NCBI GenBank assembly: GCA_030390025.1
Contig: CM059431.1
Coordinates: forward strand, 100,132,001 to 100,196,000
Direction: 5' to 3'
DNA from: Squalus acanthias
Taxonomy: Eukaryota
Length of the DNA: 64,000 nucleotides
The notes under the pieces were generated by a model that saw only the letters and a program-made list of their open reading frames with translations, made no database searches and was not told where the DNA came from. A program made the position numbers and the translations under genes. The stretch's first letter is position 1; the number at the start of each line of letters is the position of its first letter. This document shows, piece after piece, positions 27,022 to 38,165 of this stretch.

Positions 27022-28690
27022 ATAGAATCAGAGAATGATACAGCACAGAAGGAGGCCATTCGGCCCATTGTGCCTGTGCCGGCTCTTTGAAAGAGCTCTC
27101 CAATTAGTCCCACTCCCCCCTGCTCTTTCCCCACAGCCCTGTAAATTTTTCCTTTTCTAGTATTTATCCAATTCCCTTTTGAAAGTTACTATTGAATCTG
27201 CTTCCACCGCCCTTTCAAGTGGCACATTCCAGATCACAACAACTCACTGCGTAAAAAAACTTATCCTCCTCTCCCCCTCTGGTTCTTTTGCCAATTGCCT
27301 TAAATCTGTGTCCTCTGGTTACCGACCCTCCTGCCACTGGAAACAGTTTCTCCTTCATAATTTTGAAAACCTCTGTTAAATCTCCTCTTAACCTTCTCTG
27401 CTCTAAGGAGAACAGCCCCAGCTTCCCCAGTCTCTCCACATAACTGAAGTTCCTCCTCCCTGAGGATGTAACTAGTGGAGTAGACCAAGGGGAACCGGTA
27501 GATGTGGTGTATCTGGATTTTCAGAAGGCCTTCGATAAGGTCCCACACAAGAGGTTGGTGAACAAAATTAGGGTACATGGAATTGGGGTAATATACTAGC
27601 ATGGATTGAGAATTGGTTAACAGACAGAAAACAAAGAGTAGGAATAAAAGGGTCTGTTTCAGGATGGCGACTAGTCGGGTACCGCAAGGATCGGTGCTTG
27701 GGCCCCAGCTATTCACAATCTATATCAATGATTTGGATGAGGGGACTAAATGCAATATTTCCAAATTTGCTGATGATACAAAGCTAGGTGGCAGTGTCAG
27801 TTGTGAAGAGGATGTGAAGAGGCTTCAAGGGGATCTCGACAGGCTCAGTGAGTGGGCGAGAACATGGCAGATGGAATATAATGTGAATAAATGTGAAGTT
27901 ATCCACTTTGGTAGAAAAAACAAAGGCAGAGTATTTCCTAAATGGTGAAAGATTGGAGAATGCAGATGCTCAAAGGGACCTGGGTGTCCTTGTACATGAG
28001 TCACTGAAAGTGAATGTGCAGGTGCAGCAAGCCATTAGGAAGGCAAATGGTATGCTGGCCTTCATTACAAGAGGATTTGAGTACAGGAGCAAAGAAGTCT
28101 TACTCCAATTATATAGGGCCTTGGTGAGACCACACCTGGAGTACTGTGTACAGTTTTGGTCTCCTTACCTAAGGAAGGATATACTTGCCACAGAGGGAGT
28201 GCAACGAAGATTCATGAGATTGATTCCTGGGATGGCGGGACTGTCGTATGAGAAGAGATTGAGTAAACTAGGCCTGTATTCTCTTGAATTCAGAAGAATG
28301 AGAGGGGATCTCATTGAAGCATACAAAATTATTACAGGGCTTGATAGGGTGGATGCTGGGAGAATGTTTCCCTTGGCTTGGGAGTCTAGAACCAGGGACC
28401 ACAACCTCAGGATAAAGGGTAGGCCATTCAGGACTGAGATGAGGAGAAATTTCTTCACACAGAGGGTGGTGAATCTTTGGAATTCTCTACCCCAGAGGGC
28501 TGTGGAGGCTCAGTCATTGGGTATATTCAAAACAGAAGTCGATAGATTTCTGACTAGTAAGGGCATCAAGGGATATGGCGATAAGGCCGGTGAATGGAGT
28601 TGAGGCAGAAGATCAGCCATGATCTCATTGAATGGCGGAGCAGGCTCGAAGGGCCGAATGGCCTACTCCTGCTCCTATTTCTTATGTTCC
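27022..28690. mobile_element. Back-to-back CR1 fragments (27022-27460 minus; 27461-28690 plus, RT to 3' end)
   Basis: VPQGSVLGP, FADD, VRPHLEYCVQFWSP; frameshifted. Confidence 0.9.
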
Positions 28691-28964
28691 CCCTGTAAAA
28701 AGTCCCTATTATGAAGTAATCTACTTGGCAAAAGCTTTGTTTTTCCTTTTGTTTCGCTATTCAGATAATGCAAAAATGAGAATCTGTAAAAGTCTTTAGT
28801 GAGGCAAGTCTGATAATGATAATGGAAAGGCAATGAGTGAGTGATACTGAGAGTAACGAGGAGTCTTGTGGAAACCCTAACCCTAAATGACTCGTCCTCT
28901 ACATATCTGAAACTTGGATCGAGGAGCGTGACAAAAAAGAACATGTTTTTCAATGGCCCTATCA

Positions 28965-29485
28965 ATCCGATGGCAGGAAAAAAACAGCTGGTCCATCAAG
29001 CCTACCCCACACCTCATAATGGTTGGAGCAACGTGATAAGACACTTCCTCCTTCCCAGCCCCCCCACTCCACCTCAGCCATGTAATCTCCTGGAGGAGGC
29101 AAAAAAAAATCAGGGCCAATAAGGGGAAAAAATACTCGCCATCCCTTCGGACAGAAGTTCAGCCAGGGTCTGGGGACCCTCTGTGTGGTGAATGGATGTC
29201 CCACCACAGCATACCTGCTCTCCAATGCTACAATAGCAGAATATCTAGCCCCCTGTGTCCCACCACTTCATTCGAACATACGAAAACACCAGCTGGTCCA
29301 TCAAACCTGCCCCCACACTCATGAGGATCGTGACTGGACACTTCATCCGTTCCCACCCCACCCCAAGCCATGTGATCTCCTGGGAGAGATGAAAAACCTG
29401 AGGCCAATAAGGGGAAAAAATACTCTGGAAAAATTCCTCTCCGACCACCTCAGGCGATCAAAACCAGTCCAGGAGATCACACGGA
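28965..29485 (-). repeat. Two partial copies of a probable CR1-type 3' UTR/tail repeat
   Basis: CAGCTGGTCCATCAA...AGCCATGT.ATCTCCTGG...GGCCAATAAGGGGAAAAAA repeated at about 28985-29135 and 29290-29425. Confidence 0.55.
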
Positions 29486-29632
29486 GCAAGTGTTATCACT
29501 AAAGACGCTGACCTATATGATGAATGGTGTAATGTGGATGATGAGCCTTGGAATCAACCTGAAACTGATTCTGTCCATCTCGGTGCTGGCCATAGTGCCC
29601 ACTGTGAATGGTGCATTAGATGTGTCTCCTGG

Positions 29633-30765
29633 GGTCAGTCAGTGGCTCAGTGGATATCACTCTCGCCTCGGAGTCAGAAGGTTATGGGTTCAAGCCCCAC
29701 TCCAGAGACTTGAGCACAAAAATCTGAGCTGACACTCCAGTGCAGTACTGCGGGAGTGCCGCACTGTCGGAGGGGCAGTACTGAGGGAGCACTGCACTGT
29801 CGGAGGGGCAGTACTGAGGGAGTGCTGCACTGTCGGAGGGGCAGTCCTTAGGGAGAGCTGCACTGTCGGAGGGGCAGTACTTAGGGAGAGCTGCACTGTC
29901 GGAGGGGCAGTACTGAGGGAGCGCTGCACTGTCGGAGGGGCAGTACTTAGGGAGCGCCGCACTGTCGGAGGGGCAGTACTGAGGGAGCGCCGCACTGTCG
30001 GAGGGGCAGTACTGAGGGAGCGCCGCACTGTCGGAGGGGCAGTACTGAGGGAGCGCCGCACTGTCGGAGGGGCAGTACTGAGGGAGCGCCGCACTGTCGG
30101 AGGGGCAGTACTGAGGGAGCGCCGCACTGTCGGAGGGGCAGTACTGAGGGAGCGCCGCACTGTCGGAGGGGCAGTACTGAGGGAGCGCCGCACTGTCGGA
30201 GGGGCAGTACTGAGGGAGCGCCGCACTGTCGGAGGGGCAGTACTGAGGGAGCGGCGCACTGTCGGAGGGGCAGTACTGAGGGAGTGCTGCACTGTCGGAG
30301 GGGCAGTACTGAGGGAGCGCCGCACTGTCGGAGGGGCAGTACTGAGGGAGCGGCGCACTGTCGGAGGGGCAGTACTGAGGGAGGGCCGCATTGTCGGAGG
30401 GGCAGTACTGAGGGAGCGCCGCACTGTCGGAGGTGCCATCTTTCGGATAAGACGTTAAACCGAGGCCCCGTCTGCTCTCTCAGGTGGACGTAAAAGATCC
30501 CATGGCACTATTTTGAAGAAGAGCAGGGGAGTTCTCCTCGGTGTCCTGGCCAATATTTATCCCTCAACCAACATCACTGAAAAAAACAGATGATCTGGTC
30601 ATTATCACATTGCTGTTTGTGGGAGCTTGCTGTGCGCAAATTAGCTGCCGCGTTTCCTACATTACAACAGTGACTACACTTCAAAAGTACTTCATTGGCT
30701 GTGAAGCGCTTTGAGACGTCCTGAGGTCATGAAAGGCGCTATAGAAATGCAAGTTATTTCTTTAT
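29633..30765 (+). mobile_element. Full-length DeuSINE with about 21 33-bp units (29741-30433)
   Basis: A box TGGCTCAGTGG 29643-29653, B box GGTTCAAGCCC 29687-29697, array, Deu domain, tail. Confidence 0.9.
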
Positions 30766-30780
30766 TAAGTGAAATACCTC

Positions 30781-31349
30781 GGGGGGTAATTTTAACTTTT
30801 CTCACCGGATGTAAAATGGGTGATAATGAGTCGGGGGTGGGGGGTGGTGAGGTGATAGTGAATCGAATGGAGCTGATCGGGGGGTAGGTGATGGTGGGTG
30901 GGGTAGAGGAGGCGGTGATCGGGGGGGGGTTAGGTGATCGAGGGGGGTAGGTGATGGTGGGTGGGGTAGAGGAGGAGGTGATCGGGGGGGTAGGTGATGG
31001 TGGGTGGGGTAGAAGAGGAGGTGATCGGGGGGGTCGGTGATGGTGGGTGGGGTAGAGGAGGAGGTGATCGGGGGGGTAGGTGATGGTGGGTGGGGTAGAG
31101 GAGGAGGTGATCGGGGGGGTAGGTGATGGTGGGTGGGGTAGAGGAGGAGGTGATCGGTGGGGTAGGTGATGGTGGGTGGGGTAGAGGAGGAGGTGATCGG
31201 GGGGGGGGGGGGTAGGTGATGGTGGGTGGGGTAGAGGAGGAGGTGACCGGGGGGGTAGGTGATGGTGGGTGGGGTAGAGGAGGTGATGGTGAATCGGGTG
31301 TAAAATGGGCAGCTGATTCCTCCCAGTGTTAAAAGTTACATTTTGCCCC
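30781..31349. mobile_element. Harbinger-type MITE filled by a G-rich ~43-bp minisatellite (about 30873-31290)
   Basis: Imperfect TIR GGGGTAATTTTAACTTTT / AAAAGTTACATTTTGCCCC; about 9 units of GTAGGTGATGGTGGGTGGGGTAGAGGAGGAGGTGATCGGGGGG. Confidence 0.7.
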
Positions 31350-31479
31350 GGTAGGTCCCTTTCTACACTTGGTGCCAATGCATAGTTTCACATTCCAACC
31401 AACAAGACTTTGTGAAAGTCCGATCCCTGCTTGAAAACATCCCCGTCCACCAAAAGATCAGCGATCGTATATTACACAG

Positions 31480-31825
31480 AATTTTACAGCACAGCGACTG
31501 GCCATTCGGCCCAACTGGTCCCTGCCGGTGTTTATGCTCCACTCTCCCACCATTGGCCGCCCGACATGTCCATCCTCGCCGTGCCCCGCCTTCCCGCGGC
31601 CAATCGGAAAGTGAACAGACTGTTCATTGCCCGATTGGATGGTCCTTCACCACCAGTCAAACAGCCTTTTTTCCGCCAATCTCCAATATTTTTATAACTA
31701 ACGAACAAAAGTGTTCAAAGAAAATGGGGGGGAAAAAACACACCTCCTCCCACCCCTCTTCATCTCACCCTATCAGCATAACCTGCTATTCCCTTCTCCC
31801 TCATGTACCTATCTAGCTTCCCCTT
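31480..31825. mobile_element. Minus CR1 tail interrupted by an internal fragment (about 31540-31740) of the GGGTTGCCA-TIR element
   Basis: 31540-31740 is near-identical to 34060-34258. Confidence 0.7.
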
Positions 31826-32245
31826 GTATCCACATTCTGTACAAATTGGAGCAGAACACCCTATAGAGAACAATTATCCAATCTCAACTGCAATGAGATG
31901 CAGTACATTACGCCAGTGCTACAAAATAAGTTGTAAAAATAATTAATTATCGTGCCCTGCTGGAAAATAACGCACGCTATCAGAGTTCCTGAGTGTGCAA
32001 TTGAAAGAGCAAATTGTGCTTTTAATCTCTGTATCGTTGTGTTATACAAGTCACTTTCTTCCCTCTGAAGATAATTGCATTAAACAATAAGGGTGAGAAA
32101 TAAAGAGAATCGAATGGTAATTCTCGTGATGCCAATGATGTGTTATAGCTTTCTAATGACATTTCTTGGTCTGTTGTGTGCACTGAGGTTGGTAATATTA
32201 CAACTCCATGGTCAGAGAGGGTTCCTCGCCTGTCGGGAATGCATG

Positions 32246-33412
32246 CGTCAGCCGTGGCCCCGTGGGTAGCACTCCCGCCTCTGAGTTAGAAGGTTGTGGG
32301 TTCAAGTCCCACTCCAGGGACTTGAGCACAGAAAGCTAGATTGACACTCCAGTGCAGTACTGAGGGAGCACCGCACTGTCGGAGGGGCAGTACTGAGGGA
32401 GCACTGCACTATCGGAGGGGCAGTACTGAGGGAGCGCCGCACTGTCGGAGGGGCAGTGCTGAGGGAGCGCCGCACTGTCGGAGGGGCAGTGCTGAGGGAG
32501 CGCCGCACTGTCGGAGGGGCAGTACTGAGGGAACGCCGCACTGTCGGAGGGGCAGTACTGAGGGAACGCCGCACTGTCGGAGGGGCAGTACCGAGGGAGC
32601 GCCGCACTGTCGGAGGGGCAGTACCGAGGGAGCGCCGCACTGTCGGAGGGGCAGTACCGAGGGAGCGCTGCACTGTCGGAGGGGCAGTACTGAGGGAGCG
32701 CCGCACTGTCGGAGGGGCAGTACTGAGGGAGCGCCGCACTGTCGGAGGGGCGGTACTGAGGGAGCGCCGCACTGAGGGAGCGCCGCACTGTTGGAGGGGC
32801 AGTACTGAGGGAGCGCCGCACTGTCGGAGGGGTAGTACTGAGGGAGCGCCGCACTGTCGGAGGGGTAGTACTGAGGGAGCGCCGCACTGTCAGAGGGGCA
32901 GTACTGAGGGAGCGCCACACTGTCGGAGGAGCAGTACTGAGGGAGCGCCGCACTGTCGGAGGGGTAGTACTGAGGGAGCGCCGTACTGTCAGAGGGGCAG
33001 TACTGAGGGAGCGCGGCACTGTCGGAGGGGCAGTACTGAGGGAGCGCGGCACTGTCGGAGGGGCAGTACTGAGGGAGCGCGGCACTGTCAGAGGTTCCAT
33101 CTTTCAGATGAGACGTTAAACCGAGGCCCCGTCTGCTCTCTCAAGTGGGTGTAAAAGATCCCATGGCACTATTTCGAAGACAGCAGGGGAGTTATCCCCG
33201 GTGTCCTGGCCAATATTTATCCCGCAATCAACATAATAAAAAACAGATGATCTGGTCATTATCTCATTGCTGTTCGTGGGACCTTGCTGTGCGCAAATTG
33301 GCTGCCGTGTTTCCTACACTACAACAGTGACTACACTTCAAAAATACTTCATTGGCTGTGTGGCGCTTTGGGACGTCCTGAGGTCGTGAAAGGCGCTGGA
33401 GAAATGCAAGTC
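32246..33412 (+). mobile_element. Full-length DeuSINE with about 22 33-bp units (32352-33093)
   Basis: B box GGTTCAAGTCC, array, Deu domain, tail. Confidence 0.9.
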
Positions 33413-33753
33413 TACCCCTTTATTATGGGAAGAGAAATAGAGGACATGGATACCCCATGAATGGTGTTGAAATAGTTACAGGTGGATTTAAACCCGGACC
33501 CAAAGGACAGTCTACCATTCCGTCGCCCATAGTGCAACAATGATCGGGCCAGAATTCCTTGGTCCAGCTACACAGCTGACCTCCTCTCCTGACCCCACCA
33601 GAGTATCTCGGAGTGTAAGGTGGCCCCACTGGCTCGTAGGGTTTTTCCAGTGAGGGGCCTGATCCTCCCAGCAGTCTTCTGGGATGGTCAGGACAAGACC
33701 CAGGCCTGAATCGCCCCCGCCCCCCCCCCCCATGTCTCTCCATTGGACCTCAT
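33413..33753 (-). repeat. Unclassified ORF-bearing segment fused to the SINE tail; second copy at 17222-17349 plus 18005-18178(+)
   Basis: Two near-identical copies; minus ORF ...GLGLVLTIPEDCWEDQAPHWKNPTSQWGHLTLRDTL...ALWATEW*; AATAAAGGGG at the junction. Confidence 0.75.
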
Positions 33754-33968
33754 CTGTAAAGCACTTTGGGACGTCCGGTGGTCATGAAAGGCGCTATATA
33801 AATGCAAGTCTTTTCTTTATGTTGTAAATTTGGGCACATTTGCTTACCCTTTTTCAATAATTTATTTTAAGGGTTGGGACAATGCACAGCCATAATTCGG
33901 CCGCACGCTCCCTCCCAGGAGACGAGACTTCCCACCAGGAGCACGGACTCCTAACATTACCCCTAGTC

Positions 33969-34375
33969 TAGTGATGCCAACTCTGGTTGGACGTATTCCT
34001 GGAGGGGGGGGGTCAACACATGACCTCCGACCCCCAACCACCCTGCCCCGCCCCCACACTCCCGCCATTGGCCGCCCGACACGTCCATCCTCGCGGTGCC
34101 CCGCCTTCCCGCGGCCAATCGGAGAGTGAACAGACTCTTCATTGCCCGATTGGATGGTTCTTCACCACCAGTCAAACAGACATTTTTTCCGCCAATCTCC
34201 AATATTTTTATAACTAACGAACAAAAGTGTTCAAAGAAAATGGGGGGGGAAAAAACACGCTTTTGTTTTAATGCCCCTATGATTTTGCTGACAGCTGTAA
34301 ATTAATCTTCAATTCCTGGAGACTCCAGGCCAATCCTGGAGACTCCAGGCCAATCCTGGAGGGCTGGCAACCCTA
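33969..34375. mobile_element. Non-autonomous DNA element with (TA)GGGTTGCCA-type TIR
   Basis: TAGTGATGCCAAC...CTGGCAACCCTA; 20-bp tandem duplication near 34315-34354; related copies at 35527-36510 and 46562-47208. Confidence 0.7.
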
Positions 34376-34467
34376 TCGTGGTCTGTTACCTACATTATGA
34401 TCATCGAGCCTGGCGTCTACATCAAGTTATTAGTCGGTTTTCTTCTTCCTCTTTGGTGATGTGTTAA

Positions 34468-35283
34468 GGGGGAAAAATTCGGTTGGTTAACGCCTCCCGT
34501 TAGCGCCTCCGGGGGGCGCTAACAACTTAGCGCCCGAGCGCGGCAATTTTAGCGCCGCTCGTGAAATTGACCAGTCGTTTTGTGGCGGCGCTAAACACTG
34601 CTGCCACGATCTCCTGCGCCCACAGATCGTGACATCAGTCGAGCGTGCAGCGCCCCGGACTGAATATTGAGTGGCGCCCTCTGCCTTAGCGCCTGCCACT
34701 AGGAACGACCGGTAGAGGAGAACGTTTTCAAGTCGGGGAGGGGCTGGGGGAGCGCTATTTAAAGGCAGGCGCTTCCTGCCTTGTTGGCAACATTTTTTGT
34801 TACACGCAGGTTAAGAGAGAGAGAGACGTCTGGAGAGATTTAACGCTGTCCTAAGGAGTTTTGGCCCTCAGCACCACTTTTGAGGTTCCTAAGCGGCGAG
34901 CTCTTTCCCAGGGCCTATCCATTAGTGCTTCCAACACAATTGATTTCGAGGTCTCTCCAGGCCGAGATTCAAGGCTGCAATGAGCAGGGAGTGGCTGGCC
35001 AGCAAGATGGCCCCTCCCCTTTAAGAACTGGACGGCGCCAGTCTGTCTGGCTTCCATGGTAACGGACATCGCCTGAGCTTCGGTAGTGTTCTGAGGTAGC
35101 GCCTCGCTCCCCGACGTTACCGCTTTCAGAGAGGAGTGTAGCGCCTGATTTAGCGCTGAAATCACCTCCAGGGGGCGATAGAGGCGAATTTTGCAGTCGG
35201 AGGCAATAATTAGCGCCGGGCGCTAAACTTTGCACCCAGCCGATATTAGAGCCCCAAAATGGGTGATACCCAATTTTACCCCC
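34468..35283. mobile_element. CpG-rich PIF/Harbinger-type MITE
   Basis: TIR GGGGGAAAAATTCGGT / ACCCAATTTTACCCCC; TSD TAA on both sides. Confidence 0.85.
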
Positions 35284-35526
35284 TAAGTCTCTGGGACAAA
35301 TAATACAACAACAGACACACAATGTGCTTTCCGTATTATCTAGGATGGATACCTGAGGGCAGGCAAGCGACGTTCCTGTAAACCGCACGGCCGCGCAGTT
35401 CGGGACCGGCTCTTCCCATGTTAAATTCCGCGCATGCGCGAAGCTGTGATTGGGCCGCGCGGCCCCTTAAAGGAGCCGCACACCCAAATAAAAATTAGGA
35501 GGAACATTGCATACGAGCTACCCAGT

Positions 35527-36510
35527 TACTGTCGCCAACTCTGGTTGGCCGAATTCCTGCCGGCTTCATCACATGATCTCCCACCTCACCCGCTCAAACG
35601 GCCTTCCCCCCCGCCCCCGCCCCCAGCCCCCATCTCCAATATTTCAATAAACAAAAGTGTACAAAGAAAATGGGAAATAAACACTTTTTTTAATACTCCT
35701 TATGACTTTTTTCTCCCTTGGTTTTTCTCGCAGCCGTGTCCTCGAGATTGGCCCGGATTTTCCGGGGCCTGTGACCGGGTACGTGGCCGAAAGGACCTCC
35801 CAAGTTCCGGGTTCAGGTGACGCTGCGCATGCACGGAACCTGCGATCTGTCAGGAATCTTCTTGACGGATCCTCCACATCCCCGTAAATGGGCATTCGCT
35901 GGCGGAGAGTCGGGCTATTCCGACTCTTGCCCGAGGAATACCCGTGAAACTCTTATGCCTGGTAAAAGCAGGCGTGGGGCCACCTTTTACCAGCGTGAGG
36001 GTGAAAATAAATATGAAAATAAACATTTTAAAAATCATTTTAACATTCCAAAATCTGTAAAATAAGTTTCTGTTATTTTTGGCCCCTTGAAAAATGTTTA
36101 CATTTATTTTTCAAAAAATTAACTTTTTGTTTTAAATGTTTAATTAAATTGTATTTTAATTAATTTTAAACATGTGGTGATATTTTTTTATTTCAGTGTT
36201 GAGATGTATTTTTTGGGTGATTCCTATTCATGCTTATGGTGATTCCGTACGTAAATGGAATCACCCTTTGTGATTGGTTGGGCCGGCCCAGGTGATCCCA
36301 GGGCGCTTGCGAACCGCCTGCGCCCCTGGGATACCTGGGCCTCTACGCAGGCCTACGCCCACAGGCCCAGGAGCGCGTGTCTCCGTGGATCCAGGTCCAT
36401 CGGGTAGGTGCGGAGTTTTATTGCAGTTCGGGGGCATCCGCCTGCAAATTCAGGCCCGTTGACCTTTAATTCCTGGAGACTACAGGACAGTCCGGGAGGG
36501 TTGGCAATTC
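35527..36510. mobile_element. GGGTTGCCA-TIR element interrupted by a Harbinger-type MITE (about 35748-36457)
   Basis: Outer ends GTCGCCAACTCTGGTTGG...GGAGGGTTGGCAA; inner imperfect TIR GGCCCGGATTTT / AAATTCAGGCCC; inner element shares motifs with 5772-6411. Confidence 0.7.
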
Positions 36511-36614
36511 CTCGCCGCAGTGCAAGCAGCAAGTGCAAAGAGGGCCTGGGAGCAAACCTCTCTGGATCGTGCTAATAACACCCACACCCCCCCCCTTCCA
36601 TTGTCTCAAGGATT

Positions 36615-37376
36615 GGCCCAGAAATTCGCGTGTCTGGCTTGCCGCGGGGGTAAGGATCGCGCGCGCTCTTACCCACCGCGCCTGCCGTTGTGTTTTGGGC
36701 CCACAGGAACTTCGGGTCCCGGGCCTCTCCCAAGTGCCGGCGCGCAGTGCTTGCGTGTTCCAGGGGCGCAGTTAGTGCGATGCGACCCCTGGGATCACGT
36801 GGGCCATGGAGAGCCAATGGCAGCAGACCATCTTTCATTCATAGATTTGACAGGAGACCTGTCAAATCTGTGAATTGAAATCGGCCCCAAAAGAACAGCT
36901 AAACTTAAAATAAATTTTTTTTTAAAAACCATCACATTTATAAAATAACTATAGTTAAATAAATTAACCACTTTAAACAAAAATTTTAATTTTTGAAAAA
37001 ATTAAAATACTTTTTAAAAGTTATAAAAATAAACTTACCTTTCTTTAAAGTATCTAAAGATAAACCTGTTGAAAAAATTTTTAATTATACTTAATTAACC
37101 ACTTACCTTGTTCAAAAGGGGTCTTGCGCCTCCTTTTTATTAGCGTAGAATCTTCAATACTTACCCTCGCGTAGAAACCTGAAAAAAAATCTAAGTGTGC
37201 TGCGTGCGCGCAGCCTCTAGCACGCACGCGGTTCACCTAGGAACTGCCCACTTCACCATACCGGAAGTTCCGGTTTCCCACGCATGCGCAGTGCATGCAG
37301 GAAACCGGCACTTCGGGAAGCAATACGGGTGAGTACGGACTGTGTACTCACCCGGGAAGGGCCGAATTTTTGGGCC
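36615..37376. mobile_element. Harbinger-type MITE, family H copy 1
   Basis: TIR GGCCCAGAAATTCG / CGAATTTTTGGGCC; flanks ATT/AGT; colinear with 44708-45452 and 48582-49331. Confidence 0.85.
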
Positions 37377-37619
37377 AGTGTGATATTGTGAGACTACAGC
37401 AATTCTGATGGTGTCTCCCTCTATTACCCCGACCCGCTCAACATCCTGAATAACTTGCATGTTGCTGAGAGTTAACCACTTATGAACCAAATTCACAAAA
37501 ATGACATAATTGAAATTATCCCTCAAATCTCTTCTGTGCCGGATTGGTAGGAATAACATTTAAGTGTGTTGTAAAATGAAAGAAAGTAAGTCATGGGCTA
37601 TTTGTATGTATGAACTTCC

Positions 37620-38160
37620 TTAGAAAAATTCAGTTGCAAAGCCCCTAGCGCCCGGGCGCGGCGCCGCTAACGCCTCCCGCGAAATTCAGCGGGAGGTTAG
37701 CGGCGGCGGTAGCCAGTAGCGCCCCGTGGTGCTGCGCCTCCGGCGATGACGTCATCGGCGTGTGTAGCGCCGCGCTCGCACCCCGGCCGCAAACTTGGCT
37801 CCCGCCCCCGACGCCATGTCCGACAGGGTCAGGGGGGGCGTTTTTGCGGCCGGGGCGGCGATATTTAAAGGGCAGGGGCCGGGCAACCTTTTTTTTTGGG
37901 CCGCCTGCCAGCACCTGCCCCCTCTGGCCTCCTCCGGCGGGGTGCCGGCCGCGACCCTCTTGAGTGCCGGGCTCTTTAGCCAGCACCCCACTCCCTGGTG
38001 GTCCAGCAGGGCCCCTGTGCGCGCTGCGCTAGGCCCTTCCTCTTTAATCAGGGGAGGGAGACCTGTAATACTGCGGTGCTACGTGCTGACACACGTGGTG
38101 CCGCGATATTCAATGGGAGGGGGAGCGCTTCCAGTAGCTTGGGGCACGGGGGCAGTAAAG
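37620..38160. mobile_element. Truncated CpG-rich TIR-element fragment related to 34468-35283
   Basis: Shared TAACGCCTCCCG, TGAC.TCA and ATTTAAAGG motifs; internal hairpin about 37661-37705; no paired TIR seen. Confidence 0.55.
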
Positions 38161-38165
38161 TTATG

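Noticed and set aside
29633..29710. tRNA gene suggested by A and B boxes
   Set aside because: No complete cloverleaf seen; the head continues into the SINE body in multiple copies.
29741..30433. CRISPR-like appearance of 33-bp repeats
   Set aside because: Head-to-tail units with no unique spacers, no cas genes, and a vertebrate intron context.
30692..31378. 228-aa Pro/Thr-rich extensin-like ORF
   Set aside because: Translation of the C-rich strand of the 43-bp minisatellite.
37157..37166. U1 snRNA gene or pseudogene (ATACTTACC)
   Set aside because: Similarity stops after 9 nt; better explained as an antisense splice donor.
34468..38160. Host-gene CpG island or promoter
   Set aside because: The CpG-rich patches coincide with TIR-bounded repeats and no associated first exon is evident.
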